Assembly: GCA_964016885.1 (NCBI GenBank)
Contig: OZ024742.1
Span: 181,474,001 to 181,538,000, forward strand
Direction of reading: 5' to 3'
DNA: 64,000 bases
From: Eledone cirrhosa
Lineage: Eukaryota
In this document: piece after piece, positions 1 to 15,601 of the stretch
Layout of the letters: every line of letters begins with the position of its first letter
Numbering within the stretch: the stretch's first letter is position 1
Translations under genes and position numbers: made by a program
The notes under the pieces: generated by a model
Told to the model about the DNA's origin: nothing
Database searches by the model: none
Seen by the model: only the letters and a program-made list of their open reading frames with translations

Positions 1-840
1 TTCAGTTGTAGCACTCTATGATAGGGAGTAATCATCCTAATATAAATACCTTTAGTACATCATGATAGAGTAGACTGTGTTTAAAATTGGAAACTGAATA
101 TAAATATATAACCGTCTATATAAGGGACTCAATTGAGACACCTTTTAATGTATGTTAGAACAATTATTTAGTTATGGAAATCAGCTAGTTACCTCCCCTT
201 ACGCATTAACCCCCCCCCTTAATTACACACATACTTCCGGATAATAAACCGATGTAAATTCTCGCAGCAGAAACAACCTACTCTATAAAATTGGATTAAA
301 GAACACTGAGCCGCAATAAGCTAAAATAATTTAATTTAATGCATCAAACATCCAATACGGAATCATCGTTAATTATGTGATGGATGTATAAACTATAATA
401 TTACATTTCATGAATGTGAAAATGGTGGTGGATACGAAAACCATAACTCTCTTTTGCTTCTCCTTTCTATTTATATTTTTATGCACACATAATTTTTTAT
501 TATATACAAAAAATAACTTACCACTACAACCTCCATAATACTCTTACTTACCCACGTAAAGTGCTTGTATTAGATGTAACACCCTGCCACACAATATTCA
601 CATATAAATGAGACACACGTAACTAACGCATACAATAACTATCCTCTTGCATTATCTATGTTAACTGCCGAATGTATTTTAATTTTGTTTTAATTTTGAT
701 ATTGATTTTGACTTTGAATTGCTATACGGAAATAATATAATATAATATGTGTCACTCCACTGTACATCAATATATACATATGTATCTGTATGTCTCTTGC
801 GATGGAAAGGAGGTCAATCATGTGTACAAACATTGAAAAA

Positions 841-887
841 TGCTCCGAAGACACCAAGCCTAGGTTTGGATGAAACAATTGTAAGTG
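841..887 (+). ncRNA. Type I hammerhead ribozyme motif, variant core CCGAAGA
   Basis: tgct-CCGAAGA-..ccaagcc ta ggtttgg..-GAAA-caattg-TA-agtg; palindromic stem III; homologous copy at 40892-40940. Confidence 0.7.
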
Positions 888-1094
888 AATAAATGCTTTG
901 AACATAGCTTTGATTCTTGTGAATTCTATATAACTGCTCTGTAGAACAACTGATGTTATTACAGGTAATAAGGTAGTAATAAATTACTGACCTTCACTGT
1001 TTAGGGTTTAAAATATATATAACTATAAAGAGTTTTAGTATATACATAACCATAAATAGTATCCTTAATATTATGTATATATATATATGTATGT

Positions 1095-1134
<40 letters not shown>

Positions 1135-1360
1135 GTGTATATATGTATATGTATGTGTATATATATGTATATATGTATGTGTATATATATGTATATATAT
1201 ATGTATATATATATATATGTGTATATATATATGTATTTATGTATATGTATATATATGTATATATATATATGTATATATATGTATATATATATGTATATAT
1301 ATAAGTGTATATATATATGTATATGTATATATATATGTATATATATATATATGTGTATAT

Positions 1361-1953
1361 ATGTAAGTATGTATGTATACGTACATACATATATGTATAC
1401 AGACGTACAGTAGCATGTATATATATATATATATACATATATATACATACAGGCACACATATATATATGCACGTATCAGTGCATATATATATGTGTGCCT
1501 GCATGTATATATATATGTATACATGCTACTGTACGTCTGTATACATATATGTATGTACGTATAGATACATACTTACATTTAAGTAAGTGCCGTACTAAGA
1601 GTGAGAAATGAAATTTCGTTTCATTCTATTCCATTTATCGTTTTCGGTGCGACTGGCCGACTGAACTCACTCGATATGCAAATTAGGCTGCTCAGCCGTT
1701 AATTTTCATAAGGAAAGTATATACTTTCGGACGTTCAACCATCTGGAAGAAAGGTATACGGTGCTGACGATAGCTAACAAGCTTGAAACTAGTACATCGT
1801 TCCTGTGTCAGTGTTGAACAAAAAGGTGACGTGGTTGCCTAAACACTGTACGGCGTAATTCAGGCTGTTCGTTTGTTTACAAGCGAACAAACCGAGCATT
1901 ATAATAAATGTTCGGTAAACTGATACGTGCATATATATATGTGTGCCTGTATG

Positions 1954-1985
<32 letters not shown>

Positions 1986-2098
1986 TGCTACTGTACGTCT
2001 GTATACATACATGTATGTACGTATACATACATACTTACATTTAAGTCAGTGCCATACTAAGAGTGAGAAATAAAATTTCGTTTCATTCTATTCCATTT
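1361..2098 (+). mobile_element. Non-coding hammerhead-bearing unit (retrozyme/non-autonomous PLE-like): inverted copy + partial tandem
   Basis: 1479-1636 is repeated directly at about 1928-2098. 1361-1478 is an inverted copy of the repeat start. A hammerhead lies between the direct copies. Confidence 0.65.
1758..1800 (+). ncRNA. Type I hammerhead ribozyme, canonical core
   Basis: acggtg-CTGACGA-t agc taacaa gct t-GAAA-ctag-TA-catcgt; stems I and II pair, palindromic minimal stem III. Confidence 0.9.
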
Positions 2099-2306
2099 GT
2101 GTATATATGTATATGTGTATATATATGTATATGTATATGTATATATATATATATGTATATATATGCAAAATTAATTAAGGTTGTCATGTCTGAGAGACAT
2201 GCGCCATATCCACTGTAGAATAAGCTCAAAGATTCCAATTAATATATATATACATATACATATACATATATACATATATATACATATACATATATATATA
2301 TATATA

Positions 2307-2961
2307 CATCATCATCAAAACCATCATCATCTTCGTTTAACGTCCATCTTCCACGCTTGCATGGGTTTGGACGGAAGTTTTCCCACTTGAGGCAAGATTG
2401 GTTGTCCTGCTCGTACCGGACTGTCTGGCGGGTTTTCTACGGCTGGATGCCTTTCCTAACACCAACCACTTTTACAGTGTGGGACTGGGAGATTTTTACC
2501 GTTTTAACTACACGGCCACATTACAGCGAGGACTGTGTGTTTTTTAGTCGTGACACCTACACGACCTCGTTTGTTTCGGACTGGATGTTGTGGTACCAAC
2601 ATAACTTCACATTGAAGGGGGTGGTGTGGATAAGATTGGGGTAGTGGGACAGGGGTGTATTTTTGTTAGAGATGCCTACCTAGTGTTGTAGGTTTCGCTT
2701 TGTACTTAGGCAAGGCGGGTCTTCTGTATAACTGTGTAGCGCCAAAGATCTCGGTCCAGTGACATTGTCTTGGAGAGGTGTAAGTGTGTGAGGTCGGAAT
2801 TTATCAAGTCGTCCCAAGTTTCTCTGGGTCTGCCTAATCCGTGGCTACCGTCTATTTTTATCGCCCTGCACTTTTTTAGACAGCTGTCGTCTTTCATGCG
2901 CATCACGTGACCGTACCAACGTAGTCTTCTGTCGAGTAAACAACATCTGATCCCTCTTATT
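2307..2961 (-). mobile_element. RTE-clade LINE, 5'-truncated 3' end with (GAT)n tail
   Basis: Minus frame ..[36 protein letters not shown]; highly similar to 61625-62260; (CAT)n on + at the 3' end. Confidence 0.9.
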
Positions 2962-3512
2962 CATAATTTATCCCTTATATATACATATATATACATATAT
3001 ATATGTATATGTAAATATATGTATATATATATATGTATATGTATATATATTGGATATGGTGTATGTCTCTCAGACATGACAACGCTTAATTTAATTTTGG
3101 ATATATATATACATATATATATATATACATACATATACAAATATATACACATATACATATATACATACATATACATATATATACACATATATACACATAT
3201 ATACACATATATATATACACATATATACACATATATATACACATATATATACATATATACACATATATATATATATATACATTTATATATACATATACAT
3301 GTACACATATACATATATACACATATATATATATATACATATATATATCCATATACATATATATATATACACATATATATATATATATACATATATATAT
3401 ACATATATATATACACATATATATATATATATACATATATATATACATATATATATACACATATACATATATATATACATATATATAAATATATATACAT
3501 TTATATATATAC

Positions 3513-3543
<31 letters not shown>

Positions 3544-3656
3544 AATACATATACACATTTATATACATATATATATATTCATATACATATACACATATAC
3601 ATATATACATATACAGATACATATACATATACATACATATATACATATATATATAC

Positions 3657-3689
<33 letters not shown>

Positions 3690-3759
3690 CATATACATAC
3701 ATATACATATACATAAATATACATATATATACATATATATACATATACGTACATATACA

Positions 3760-3815
<56 letters not shown>

Positions 3816-4264
3816 CATACATATATACATATATATACATATAAATATATATACATATACATATATATACATATACATATATATACATATACATATATAT
3901 ACATATACATATATACATATATATACATATATACACATTTATATATATATACATATACATATATATATATATACATATATATACATATATATACATATAT
4001 ATATACATATATATATACATATATATATACATATATATATACATATATATATACATATATATATACATATACATATATATACATATATATATGCATATAC
4101 ATTTATATACATATGTCTACATATACATATATATACATATATATATACATATACATAAATATATATACATATATATACACATATATATAAATACATATAC
4201 ATACATATACATATATATGTATATACATACATATATATACATATATATGTATATACATACATAT

Positions 4265-5221
4265 ACTAGACATGAAAAATGCGCAAGCTCAAAAGTGCCA
4301 CAGAATGTTATAATAAACCTTCAAAAGTGTGGGACTAGAGTTGTTGCTAAAAAATATTGTAATCATTATATATCGTACATTCTGTGGCATCCTTTATAAA
4401 AATAGCTTAAACCAACGAAGCCTTTATTTTTACGCTATTTCACTTAGTTAATTCTTAGAGTGTAACATATAAAAATATGATTTACAACTATAAAATAAAT
4501 TAATTAATATAATAACAGAGCTGCGGAGCTGAAATTTAGGAAATAATGGAGTATCGGATCCTGAGTTGGAGCCAGTCAATTTTTGGCCGACTCCGCAGCC
4601 CTGTATAATACATTTCATATTAAAGTTATTAATAAACCTATTTTACACTTCATGCAAATTACCACGAGATATTGATATTAGATATAAGATACAGCGCAAT
4701 ATCTACAGCTGTAAAAGTACGAAAGCGAAGTAATAATAAGTGGCTTAAGGTAATTCCAATATGAAAGTTTGTAGTGATAAAAATTTGATAATGCAATACG
4801 ATTGTTAATATTATAGTTCTATGAAAATGTAACAATAGATAACTAAATTATTTTACTATTAGTATATTTAAGAAATTATCATTATAGATTTGATCGTTCA
4901 TATAAGCATCATATTAAGTTTCAACACAATTATTTTGTTACTATGAGTATATGATAATAATATTACGTAATTATTTATAGCTGTTATTACATTAAACATA
5001 GATGTATTTATTTTTATATGTTGCACTCTAAGAATTAACTAAGTGAAATAGCGTAAAAATAAAGGCTTCGTTGGTTTAAGCTATTTTTATAAAGGATGCC
5101 ACAGAATGTACGATATATAATGATTACAATATTTTTTAGCAACAACTCTAGTCCCACACTTTTGAAGGTTTATTATAACATTCTGTGGCACTTTTGAGCT
5201 TGCGCATTTTTCATGTCTAGT
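4265..5221. mobile_element. Fold-back element with ~213 bp inverted arms (4265-4477 / 5009-5221)
   Basis: ACTAGACATGAAAAATGCG... / ...CGCATTTTTCATGTCTAGT; arms near-identical; terminus related to 36064. Confidence 0.8.
4516..4603. mobile_element. 88 bp hAT-like MITE
   Basis: Termini CAGAGCTGCGGAG / CTCCGCAGCCCTG; flanks TATAATAA / TATAATAC match 7 of 8 as a TSD, the hAT length. Confidence 0.7.
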
Positions 5222-5799
5222 TTAATATTTTTTTAAGGCAACGCTTGTAATAACTCTAGTTAAACAGGATATATATATTAATAATAAATTATCGTTGTAA
5301 TGTAATTAGATTATGTAATTGTTATTATAAATTATCTTATAAATATTAGTGTAAGATGTATAAAAATATTTTCAGACTTTTAATATAAACAACTACAAAA
5401 AACAATCAATATTAAATCAATATATTATACATAATAGAAAACATAAAATATACAATACAAAAACAAAATATTTACATACAATTGCAATTATCAGTGTATA
5501 TACATTTTCTTTATATTCCCTGAGCAAATTAATAAGATTTGTTTTTATTGTACATAATTTGATGACTTGTTGGAGTGTATTAAAAGATAGCAACAATTTG
5601 TGATTAAATTGTTATCTTAAGCAACTCACTTTTTAATAGTTGTTGGCTGAGCGAAATTGTAAAAGCCTATGAGTGAGCAAATATAAAAAAAAATACACAA
5701 ACAACATTTCCTTGTGTTATTACAACATTAGATAAAATAATTGAGCAATGTCGTTATATTTTGCTCTTATTGCACATTAATAGTGTTTCTATTTTTCGG

Positions 5800-5950
5800 C
5801 ACAAATCCATTACGGCAGTCCATTACTGGTACTTTATTTTATCGAATTAGTAAGTATGAAAGTCGAAGTTAACCTCGGCAGGATTTGAACTTAGAATGCA
5901 AAGGACCATAACAATACTGCAAAGCATGGTGTCTGACGCTCTACCAATAC
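5800..5950 (-). mobile_element. Decayed tRNA-derived SINE (Octopus-type)
   Basis: cattactggtactttattttatcga..gaaagtcgaagttaacctcggcaggatttgaact; same family as 20655-20843, with a fragment at 6781-6815. Confidence 0.75.
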
Positions 5951-6341
5951 TTGTGTTGAGCTGGTCATTAATTTATGGTGGTCGTGCGTGGAGTAGAGCA
6001 ATCGCTAGTTGAAATATTATAAACAAAACATTTTTATTTGCCGAAGAACATATTTTCAATACTGTTTGTGAATGTGACGAAGGAAATACATTCTGATATG
6101 GAACAGTGTACAAAGTGTGTCTGTGAATAACATAATGTTACCTCATGTTGTTGTCAAGACATAATGGATTTCGTTTATCCAGTTAGAAGATGAAACCTAG
6201 CCATCTCGGATTAGTTATATTTCATGCCATGTGTAAACGTGTTTGAGGATAGCAAAATATGCGCGTTAATTATAATAATTAGTTAATAATATTACAAAAT
6301 ATACCTAATTAAACTCTTTGCTTGAAATTTTATCATTCTTC

Positions 6342-6391
<50 letters not shown>

Positions 6392-7926
6392 GGAGAGAGA
6401 GAGAGAGAGAGATTTATCTAGTCCTTCGCTCAAGATTAATCTATAAGTTTAGATGTTTGCCTTCGTTTAAGTAAATATTACAGTAAGATTTTTAATATAA
6501 ACAACTACAAAAAACAATTAATATTAAAACGAAAAAATTATCAATGATAAAAGAAGCGGATGCAACTTTTTTTTTTATAAAGTTATATTCCTGTTTCTTT
6601 AAAGAACATTTCATTTTTGTTCTATTGTAGGCGAAATAATGCAATGGTTTAATAGGGAAGATATAACTTACGAATTATGTCTCTAACCGTGTAACGCTTT
6701 TTAAGTAGATAACTACAATTGAAAATACTAAAGAAATGGAACCAACAATTCAATTTGAAAGTCGTCTACTTATAGTGACAGTGTATTACTGGTACTTTAT
6801 TTTATCGACCCCGTAACATGCAAATGCTTAAAATTTAAATTGCCTTAATTCTATCGTCTGCTGTTTCATTAAAGGGAGATTCTCGTCTGTATTTAATTCT
6901 ATCGTCTACTGTTCCACTAAACAGATATACCTCCACTATCGTCTCTATTTATACATTTTAACTTATAACTTATACACATTTGATTTGAAATATTTTATCT
7001 AGTCCCCCCTCTCAATATTATGATGATTTCTTTCGAATGAAACAGTTCTAGTCCTGTAGAAGCCATTTATATATATAATTGAACTGAGTTAAAAATTCAC
7101 AATATTTATAATTAAATAAGCTCATATATATATGTGTGTATTTATCTGTTTATTGTATTATATATAATGTGTGTATATACAGGATGTCCCCCAAAAATAT
7201 ATACACACTTCAACAGCATTCTAATAACTATTGCCTGTACAGGTAATCAAAGTGTCAATCGAATGTTAGTTTCGTGTTTTAACAGTACAAATTTACAATA
7301 CACATAAAACCAGTGTATATACATACATGAGTGTGTATACACATACATGAATGTGTATATACAATATATATGTATATATATATAGACACATATATTCACG
7401 GTGCAACGGTACATTAAAATATAGATGCGGGAGAGGGGGGTGTATATATAGGGGCGCTGGGGATAAAGGAGTGTAAAGCGTGTGTAATTGATATATTGAA
7501 GGAGAGGAGCGTGCAGCGATAGAGTAACAAATATATAGAGAGGGGGAGAGATGGTATTGAAGGGGAGGAGTGCAAAGCGAAAGAGTAAGAGATATATATA
7601 GAGACGGAACAGATAGAGAGAAACAGGCGTAAGTAACAGTGGAAGAGATATAGAGAGAGGTACTCTGATTGGTTGAAAATTAGCCAATGACATACGATCA
7701 CCACCACCACGGCTATCCCCGAAAAATTTTTAAAGAAGCTAGGCATATATGTTAGAACACGAAAAGTGAACATTCTGTTGTTTCACACTTTTCGTGTTCT
7801 AACAGATATACATATACATATACATACATATATATACATATACATATACATATATATGTATATACATACATATATATACATATACATATATATGTATATA
7901 CATACATATATATACATATACATATT

Positions 7927-10176
7927 CTATCGGCAAGATCTCATATAGCTGTTTACAGAAACCATTAACGGCACACAAGAACTGCCCAGATGGTTATCAA
8001 CTGCCACTACTCTCCTCATTCCCCAAAATAGCCAAACCACCCTTGCTAAAAATTACCGCCCAATAGCCTGCCAAAACATCATGTATGAATTATATACTGG
8101 GTGCCTTAACCTGTTCTTACAGGATCACTGTGCTACCAACAACATCATAACACCTAAGCAAGCTGGTGGAAAGAGGGAGGTGTGGTGTTGCATAGATCAC
8201 ATAGTAACAAATAAAATGATTCAGGAAAAAGCAACAAAGAATCGCAGAAACATGACTGTGGTGTGGCTGGACTATCAAAAAGCATTTGATAGTGTATCTC
8301 ATGGGTGGATTATTAAGGCTTTACAGTTAGCCAAAGTCCCACAACCATTCTTAGCAGCTGTTGAACACCTGACCAAGAACTTGTACACCAATTTGATCCT
8401 TAGAGGTGAGAAGGAGCAAGTTAAGACTGATAATATACATTACCAGAAGGGCATCTTTCAGGGTGATAGCTTGTCAGTGTTACTCTTTGTTCTCTCACTA
8501 AATCCACTATCTTACCTACTCAGGAAACAAGGTGGACAAAGAAGTGGGTCCAGAAGTATCTCCCATCTTTTCTTTGTTGATGACTCGAAGTTGTATGGCC
8601 CAAATATCAATGACATCAAGAAACAATTGGACCTCATTACACAATTTTCAACAGACATCAAAAGGAAATTTGGTGAGTCCAAGTGTGCATATTTGGCAGT
8701 AAAACGTGGAAGAGCTGTGCCCTCCTCTAGAAATCTAGAGATGAACGGCCTGACAATACAACCTCTACAGTCAGGTGACAACTACAGTTATCTTGGACAG
8801 GATGAGAATGTCAGATATGATGGACCCATAAATAAGGAGAGAACCAGAACTGAATACCTCAGAAGAGTAAAGAAAATATGGTCATCAGAACTGTAAGCGT
8901 ACAACAAATACATTGCCCACAATACTTATGCTGTGCCAATTCTAACGCCAACATTTGGCCTGCTGAACTGGTCATTGCAAGAACTAAGTGAGATGGATGT
9001 TAGAACTCGCAAACTTCTCAGTGTTTCTGGGAACTTTAACATCAATGGTGATGTGGATAGGCTATACTTCTTACGCAAGAAAGGTGGCCGGGCTCTAAAA
9101 TCCATATTAACAACATATGAGACGCGGATAGTAATACTGAAGCAACACCTTCAACAGAGGAAAAAGGTTGGCAACCATCTTGCCCAGGTTTATGAGCATG
9201 AAAAAAAAAATGATTAGAATAGCGACTGATCTGGAGGAGAGATATGGAATAAAGGCTGATATAAATCTCTCACCCAGAGAAATCGGAAGATCCTATTCAA
9301 TGTTCAAACAACATAAAGAAATTGACCAATTTACAGAAAAAATTGTGTATCGATACTTGAGACGTAAAACACAGACCATAGAGGGGATAAACCACTCAAA
9401 AAGCCTGGCATGGAGTTCCGACAAGTTTATGACATCACACCTTGAGGGATATCTCTATGCAATACAGGAACAAGAAATCCCTACCAAATATCTGCTGCAC
9501 AAAAGGGGAGGGCCATCAGCTGAAAATAAATGTAGGCTATGTAAAACACAGATCAAAGATGTAAACCACATTGTTGCCAGCTGCGAAAGAATGTCATCTC
9601 GCTACTACCTCCCCATGAGACACGATGGGATAGCTAGAACCATCTGGAACGCACTTCGGAAAACAAAATTAACAACAAACGAGGAAGAATATATTGAGAC
9701 AGATGGCACTAAGGAATACTGGTGGAACCTGAAAATAAAAATTGCCACCAAATTAAAGCACAACCGGCCTGATATTGTTGTGTGGGGCCACACATTGAAA
9801 ACGTGTTCTGTTGTGGAGATCAGCGGCCCAATTGTGGTAAACGTTGTCAGAAAAATACAGGAGAAGGAGGATATCTACGGACCATTGATGAGGAGTTTAC
9901 AAATCCAGTATCCAAGATACACCTTTAGCTTCATACCCATGATTATTGGAGCTACGGGTTATATACCAACCCGCTTGGACCAAAGTATAACTGAACTTGG
10001 ATTTGCGGACAAAAAGCGCGGCTCCCTAATTCACAGTCTACAAATGACTGCGATAGCTGGCACCTTCAAAATTTGCAAAACATTCTTGCGATTCAAGGGA
10101 TGACAATTTCTTTCTTTTACAACCTTGCCAGCAGGAAGGTGGCCGGTCAAAAAATATACTCGAAATTAAGAGAAAG
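7927..10176 (+). mobile_element. R4/Dong-like non-LTR retrotransposon (RT + CCHC + restriction-like endonuclease), 5'-truncated, disabled
   Basis: NYRPIAC, WLDYQKAFDSVSH, GIFQGDSLS, HLFFVDD, CRLC..HIVASC, RHD, NRPDIVVW..VVEIS; in-frame stop at 8894-8896; frameshift at the poly-A near 9201-9210. Confidence 0.88.
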
Positions 10177-11229
10177 AGATATATATATATAATTATATAT
10201 ACATACATATATATACATATATATACACATATATATATATACATACATATATATACATATATATACATATACATATATATACACACACATATATATATAT
10301 ATATATACATATACATACATATATATACACATATATATAGATATATATATACATATATATACATATACATACATATACACATATATATACATACATATAT
10401 ATACACATATATATACATATACATATACATACATATACACATATATATACATACATATATATACACATATATATATATATACACACACATATATATACAT
10501 ATATATACACACATATATATATACACATATATATATATATACATATATATACAGATATATATACATATACATATATATACATATGCATATACATTCATAT
10601 ACATATACATACATATACATATATCTATATATATATACGCATATATACTTTTACATACATATACATATATATATACACATATATATATATACACACATAT
10701 ATATACATATACATACATAGATATACATATATATACATATACATATACATATATATATATACATATATATATACATATATATACATATACATACATATAT
10801 ATACATATATATATACATATATATATATACATATACATATATATATACATATATATACATATACATACATATATATACATATATATATACATATATATAT
10901 ATATACATATACATACATATACATACATACATATATATATATACATATACATACATATATATATACATATACATGCATATATATATACATATACATACAT
11001 ATATATATATATATACATATACATACGTATATATATATATATATATACATATACATACATATACATATATATACGTATACATACATATACATATATATAT
11101 ATATATATAGATATACATAAATATATATACATATACATATATATATATATATACATATACATAAATATATATACATATCCATACATATATATCCATACAT
11201 ATATATACATATGCATACATATACATACA

Positions 11230-11261
<32 letters not shown>

Positions 11262-11732
11262 CATTGAAACGTAATCCTGGTATGTGTATATGCATTTTTT
11301 CTTCTAACTTTAATTTTATACCTAATATATTTAATCGATTTCCACGTGCTATTGAAATGCTGGGTAAATCTTCTATAGCTGTTGATCGCGAATAGATGGC
11401 TGTCATTTATTTAGCTATTATTTCTTCAAAGGTATCTTTTAATCTTATACCTTGGTTTAATTGGTTTTTGTGTGGTTGCTTATGCTAATCTGGAGAGGAA
11501 ATGGAGTATATATCTTATCAAATGATTCTATGAACATTTATAGTATATATATATATATACATATATATACATATATATATACATATACATGTACATATAC
11601 ATATATATATATACATATATATACATATATATATCCATATATATATATATATATATATACATATATATACATATACATATACATATACATATATATATAC
11701 ATATATATATACGTATATATAGACGTATACAT

Positions 11733-11953
11733 ATATCTCTATGCAATACAGGAACAAGAAATCCCTACCAAATATCTGCTGCACAAAAGGGGAGGGCCAT
11801 CAGCTGAAAATAAATGTAGGCTATGTAAAATAAAGATAAAAGATGTAAACCACATTGTTGCCATCTGCGAAAGAATGTCATCTCGCTACTACCTTCCCAT
11901 GAGACACGATGGGATAGCTAGAACCATCTGGAACGCATTTCGGAAAACAAAAA
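11733..11953 (+). mobile_element. Internal fragment of the same R4/Dong-like element
   Basis: Near-identical to 9449-9668 ([26 protein letters not shown]). Confidence 0.9.
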
Positions 11954-12026
11954 TAAAACGTGATTTCGTGTTATATTAGCTTTCTCTCTATCCATGAAGT
12001 TAGATGTATCATAGACAGTGTCCAGA

Positions 12027-12103
12027 TTTGCTGACTGGGGATCCTGTGAACTGTTATACTGCACATATCAGTGGTGAAACGAAGCGAGATTCGTATCAGC
12101 AAA
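12027..12103 (+). ncRNA. Decayed type I hammerhead (core CTGGGGA)
   Basis: 8-bp stem I tttgctga/tcagcaaa; GAAA-cgaa..ttcg-TA; one core substitution. Confidence 0.65.
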
Positions 12104-12386
12104 CTTATAGATATAAGGTTGGTAATTTAAAACTCTAATTCAGAGATTTGATTCTGACTTAGTATTTTTCTATTTAATTGCTAAACCTGTAGATATTGTT
12201 CTCTATACAGTAACGGTAAAATTCACTTGTAATAATTCTTTACACACATCTCACTGTGTAACACACTTTTCTTTGTGTAAGATATTTGCATTTGAGCTCA
12301 GAAGAAAATTCTCTATTCTTCTTTGAGCTAATACTATTATTATTATTACAGTGAACTGCGGAATACTCTTAATTCCGATCTTTATA

Positions 12387-12458
<72 letters not shown>

Positions 12459-12671
12459 TATATACGTATACTTACATATATATATATACGTATATATATA
12501 CCTATACATATATATATACCTATACATATATATATATATATATACACACATATATATATATATACCTATACATATATATACCTATACATATATATATATA
12601 TACATATATATATATACCTATACATATATATACCTATACATATATATATAGCTATACATATATACCTATAC

Positions 12672-12705
<34 letters not shown>

Positions 12706-12724
12706 ACCTATACATATATATACC

Positions 12725-12769
<45 letters not shown>

Positions 12770-13920
12770 ACCTATACATATATATACCTATACATATATA
12801 TATATATACCTATACATATATATACCTATACATAAATATATATACCTATACATATATATATATATACCTATATATACATATACCTATACATATATATATA
12901 TACCTATACATATATATATATACCTATACATATATATATATATATACCTATACATATATATATATCTTTACATATATATACCTATACATATATATACCTA
13001 TACATATATATATGTACCTTTACATATATATATATACCTATACATATATATATGTACCTATACATATATATATACATATATACATATATATATATACATA
13101 TATATATACATATATATATATACATATATATATACATATATATATACACATATATATACATATATATATACATATATATATAAACATATATATATATATG
13201 TACATATATATACATATATATATATATACACATATATATACATATATACATATATATATATACATATATATACATATATATATACATATATATACATATA
13301 TATATATACATATATATACATATATATACACATATATATATACATATATATATATATACACATATATATACATATATACATATATATATATACATATATA
13401 TACATATATATACACATATATATATACATATATATATATATACACATATATATACATATATATACATATATATGCACATATATATATATATATACTTATA
13501 TATATACATATATATATATATATATAACTATACATATATATATATATTTACCTAAATATATATATATATCTATACATATATATATATATATATATATACC
13601 TATACATATATATATGCCTATACATATATATATATATACACCAATATATATATATATATATACATATATATACATATATATACATATATACATATATACA
13701 TATATATACATATATACATATATATACATATATATACATATATATACATATATACATATATACATATATATATATATACATATATATATATACATATATA
13801 TACATATATATATATACACATATATACCTATACATATATATATATACATATATATACATACATATACATATATAAACCTATAGATATATATACATATATA
13901 TACATATATATACCTGTACA

Positions 13921-14000
<80 letters not shown>

Positions 14001-14420
14001 TACATATATACACCTATAAATATATACATATATATATACATATATATACCTATACATATATACATATATACATATATATACCTATATACATATATATATA
14101 TATATATATACATATATATACCTATAAATATATACATATATATATACATCTATATACCTATGCATATATATATACATATATATATACCTATACATATATA
14201 TGAAAGACGTAAAATTTTCTTATTTTACGTCTTTCATATAATTGTTCTGCATCCCCCTACATAGAACCACAAAGGTACTAAGACATAACATATATATTTG
14301 CTAGCATAGGTGAACATCTGTACACATATGTTCGTAAATGTACTAATTCCCTATACATATATATACATATATATATATATATATATCCCTATACATATAT
14401 ACATATATATACATATACAA

Positions 14421-14451
<31 letters not shown>

Positions 14452-14486
14452 TATACCTATACATATATATATCCATATTTATAACT

Positions 14487-14544
<58 letters not shown>

Positions 14545-14552
14545 TTATAATT

Positions 14553-14591
<39 letters not shown>

Positions 14592-14597
14592 TATTTA

Positions 14598-14632
<35 letters not shown>

Positions 14633-15460
14633 CCATATTTATAATTATACATATATATATATATATAGCCATATTTATAATTATACATATATATATATAT
14701 GCATATTTATAACTATATATATATATATATATATAGGTATTTAAATTTCAGTTGGAAACAGAAAAGGTCATAGAAATGAAGAGTGCTTTCGGTTTTATAT
14801 TTTTTTGTTTCTTTTTCTTCTCCCCCCCCCTTCCCTCTTTTGTTACTTACCCAGTTTCATACATGGGCATGCAAACAGGTTTACATGCGCGAGCATAAGT
14901 ATGTGTGTGTGTGTGTGTGTATGTACGTATCGAACGTATGGAAGTGTAAGTGCGCGTGTGTATATAAGCATAATTATTTTTACATTTCTTTTGTGAGACA
15001 CGCGTGTCTGTGTATGTATGTACCCCCGCTTTTTTTGTTTTCTTTAATTTTTTCTTTCTATCTTGTCTTTCTAATTTATCGTTACTATATTTTTATAAAT
15101 ATATCGTAATAGATACTTCTCTTCACCTCCTTTCTTTCCGCATCTAAGTGTACGAGTGTCCAGGCGCTTTTATGCGCGCGACTTTATATTCTTATTTTTA
15201 CGAAGTAACCATTTCCGTCTGTATAATACAGACATATAGATACATTTGCCCTAAATTTTTATAATTACGCAGACTTTCTAACCATACATTTACACGTGCA
15301 CATATACATATATGCACATCTATGAGCGTATATACATACACATACACACACCTAACTATTTTTCTTGATAGATTTTTATATATTTCTATTTCTATTTCAT
15401 TTATCTATATTTTTTTTGATTTTCTTGATTTGTTTTTCTAAGTATTTGCCCATGTTTTAT

Positions 15461-15538
15461 ATTGCCTCGTCTGACGAACGAATGAAGTCGTTTATTTCGT
15501 ATTCGCCTCATTCGGGAAACCTCTGGTAATGAGGTAAT
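15461..15538 (+). ncRNA. Type I hammerhead ribozyme at the 3' end of a non-coding unit (~14735-15560)
   Basis: attgcctcgt-CTGACGA-a cgaatga..tcattcg g-GAAA-cctctgg-TA-atgaggtaat. Confidence 0.85.
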
Positions 15539-15559
15539 TATATTGTATTGATTTTATAC

Positions 15560-15601
<42 letters not shown>

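Noticed and set aside
6040-6270. Cys-rich coding-like stretch (EQCTKCVCE..SCCCQD)
   Set aside because: Several stops in every frame and no recognisable domain
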